From Hypanus sabinus (lineage: Eukaryota), in contig NC_082730.1 in NCBI RefSeq assembly GCF_030144855.1, forward strand, positions 15,500,001 to 15,564,000: a DNA stretch of 64,000 nt. Reading direction: 5' to 3'. Positions 62,690 through 64,000 of this stretch are shown here, one piece after another. The notes under the pieces are model-generated. The model saw nothing but the letters and a program-made list of their open reading frames with translations. It made no database searches and was not told the DNA's origin. Position 1 is the stretch's first letter. Each line of letters begins with the position of its first letter. Position numbers and translations under genes: made by a program.

Positions 62690-64000
62690 CATTGGGAAGG
62701 GATGCGTGTGGTCACACATACTGCTTTGTTTTGCAGCCGATTATAGCATTTAATCACGATCCAATTAGAATGGGCATCGACGACTATCAGTGGCATCGGA
62801 CCTGCACAGTCTACGTGTAAACGTCTCCAGGTTTGGTGGGTCAGTGCCATGGAACCGTTGATACGTTTAAAGGTGGAGACTGCTGGCATGGGCCGCATGC
62901 ACGAATAATGTGCTTTATATTATCATCGATATTTTGGCTACCAAACGTAATTCCGGGCTAGCGCTTTGATAAGTGATATTCCTTGATGCGAGGATTGTAA
63001 CTCTCCCGAGACAGGATACCGCAATCATGTCGGAATGACAATACGACTTCTTCCAACAGAAGATAACCGTTGTAGATGCTCATCTCGTTTTGACGTTTGG
63101 CACCGGGTGGCACAGTTTAGGGCACATTCGTTTGCCATTTATCTTCTACGTAGCCTTTTACTTGTACCACTGTTACATCTCGCTCAGTCTCTTCTTTTAC
63201 CTGAGATCGCCGATGCGTTCCCCAGTCCATCAGTAGCACCAATTCACCTGGGAGTTCTAACTCGCGAGAATATTCACGTAACAGAAGACAACTTAAAACA
63301 GCAGTGCAATCAATGGCTTATACAGGGAATTTAAGCTATCGTGTACTGATGAGCGGACTATGCGGAACGGCCTTGCACTCTACAAGCAATCCCACCAATG
63401 GCTTGTGATCCGTACGAATTTCGAAACGTTCGCTGTACAAGGAATGGTGAAGACGCATGACCCGAAAAACAACTGCCAATGTTTCCTTGACCAACAGTGC
63501 ATAAATTCGTTCGACTGGGTTAAGGGTACCTGACGCGGAAGCGGCAGCATTTTCATCTTAGTCCGTTATCTTTCTGGGTTAACACCGCAACAACATAAGG
63601 GGAGACAAAACATTGGCGCCCCGCAGCTGAAGTGTATTAATGCATGCGATTGAGTCAGCATGTGTTTCTTTTTCTGGAAAGCAAATTCTTCTGCCCGTTC
63701 CCAACGCCACATCGCACCTTCCTTCAGGAGAGCGTTATGCGCAGCCAACGCGTGGCTGTGTGAGGCAAAAATCTGGCATGATTCAATGTGCTCAAAAAGG
63801 TGCGAAGTTCACGGTGCTTTAAGAACGGGGCGAAGCTTTTCTTTGATGGGATGCAGGTCTGGGCGAAAACCCGGATGTGCCAGCATGGTGCGTTTCTCGC
63901 GCTTCTCTGGTAGACCAAGCTGCATCACTCGGGAGACGGTGTTATCAAGATTATTCAGGTGCGCTTCAAAGGTCGACCGGTAAGCAGAATGTCATCTAAG
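62690..64000 (-). mobile_element. Ty3/Gypsy pol remnant (RT-RNaseH-integrase), runs off the window end
   Basis: Minus strand in order: LDDILLTG (RT), ELRTFL..RFLP, ALLKEGAMWRWERAEEFAFQK..LIHF, KRQNEMSIYNGYLL..RIVIP, WRRLHVDCAGP..LIVVDAHSNWI (integrase); many frameshifts. Confidence 0.85.

Noticed and set aside
1-64000. CRISPR arrays, operons or other prokaryotic/phage systems
   Set aside because: No regularly spaced repeat-spacer pattern; the sequence has spliceosomal introns and vertebrate retroelements throughout

Overview
Eukaryotic, repeat-rich vertebrate DNA. The repeat landscape (CR1/HER1-type LINEs with (TTTCTATG)n tails, HE1-like tRNA SINEs, Rex-Babar, Penelope ends, Tc1/mariner MITEs) suggests a cartilaginous fish, probably a ray or skate; this is an inference. 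The + strand carries a tandemly duplicated cluster of CD300/pIgR-like (MDIR-like) immunoglobulin-superfamily receptor exons. I find six intact Ig exons, each exactly 321 nt and phase 1-1 (four V-type, two C2/I-type), two Ig pseudo-exons and three signal-peptide exons, one of them inverted. There is only one transmembrane exon, which is 1 nt short, and two cytoplasmic exons that end in a three-tyrosine ITIM-type tail. The most complete unit reads L(38401)-V-C2-V-C2(pseudo)-TM-cyt1-cyt2(55347). The rest is LINE, SINE, LTR and DNA-transposon debris, including several solo LTRs and MITEs with exact TSDs and empty sites in paralogous duplicates, plus two assembly gaps. I see no prokaryotic features, CRISPR arrays, rRNA or true tRNA genes. 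Exon, TSD and gap coordinates were read base by base; LINE/SINE fragment boundaries are approximate. Family assignments come from motif recognition, not database searches.
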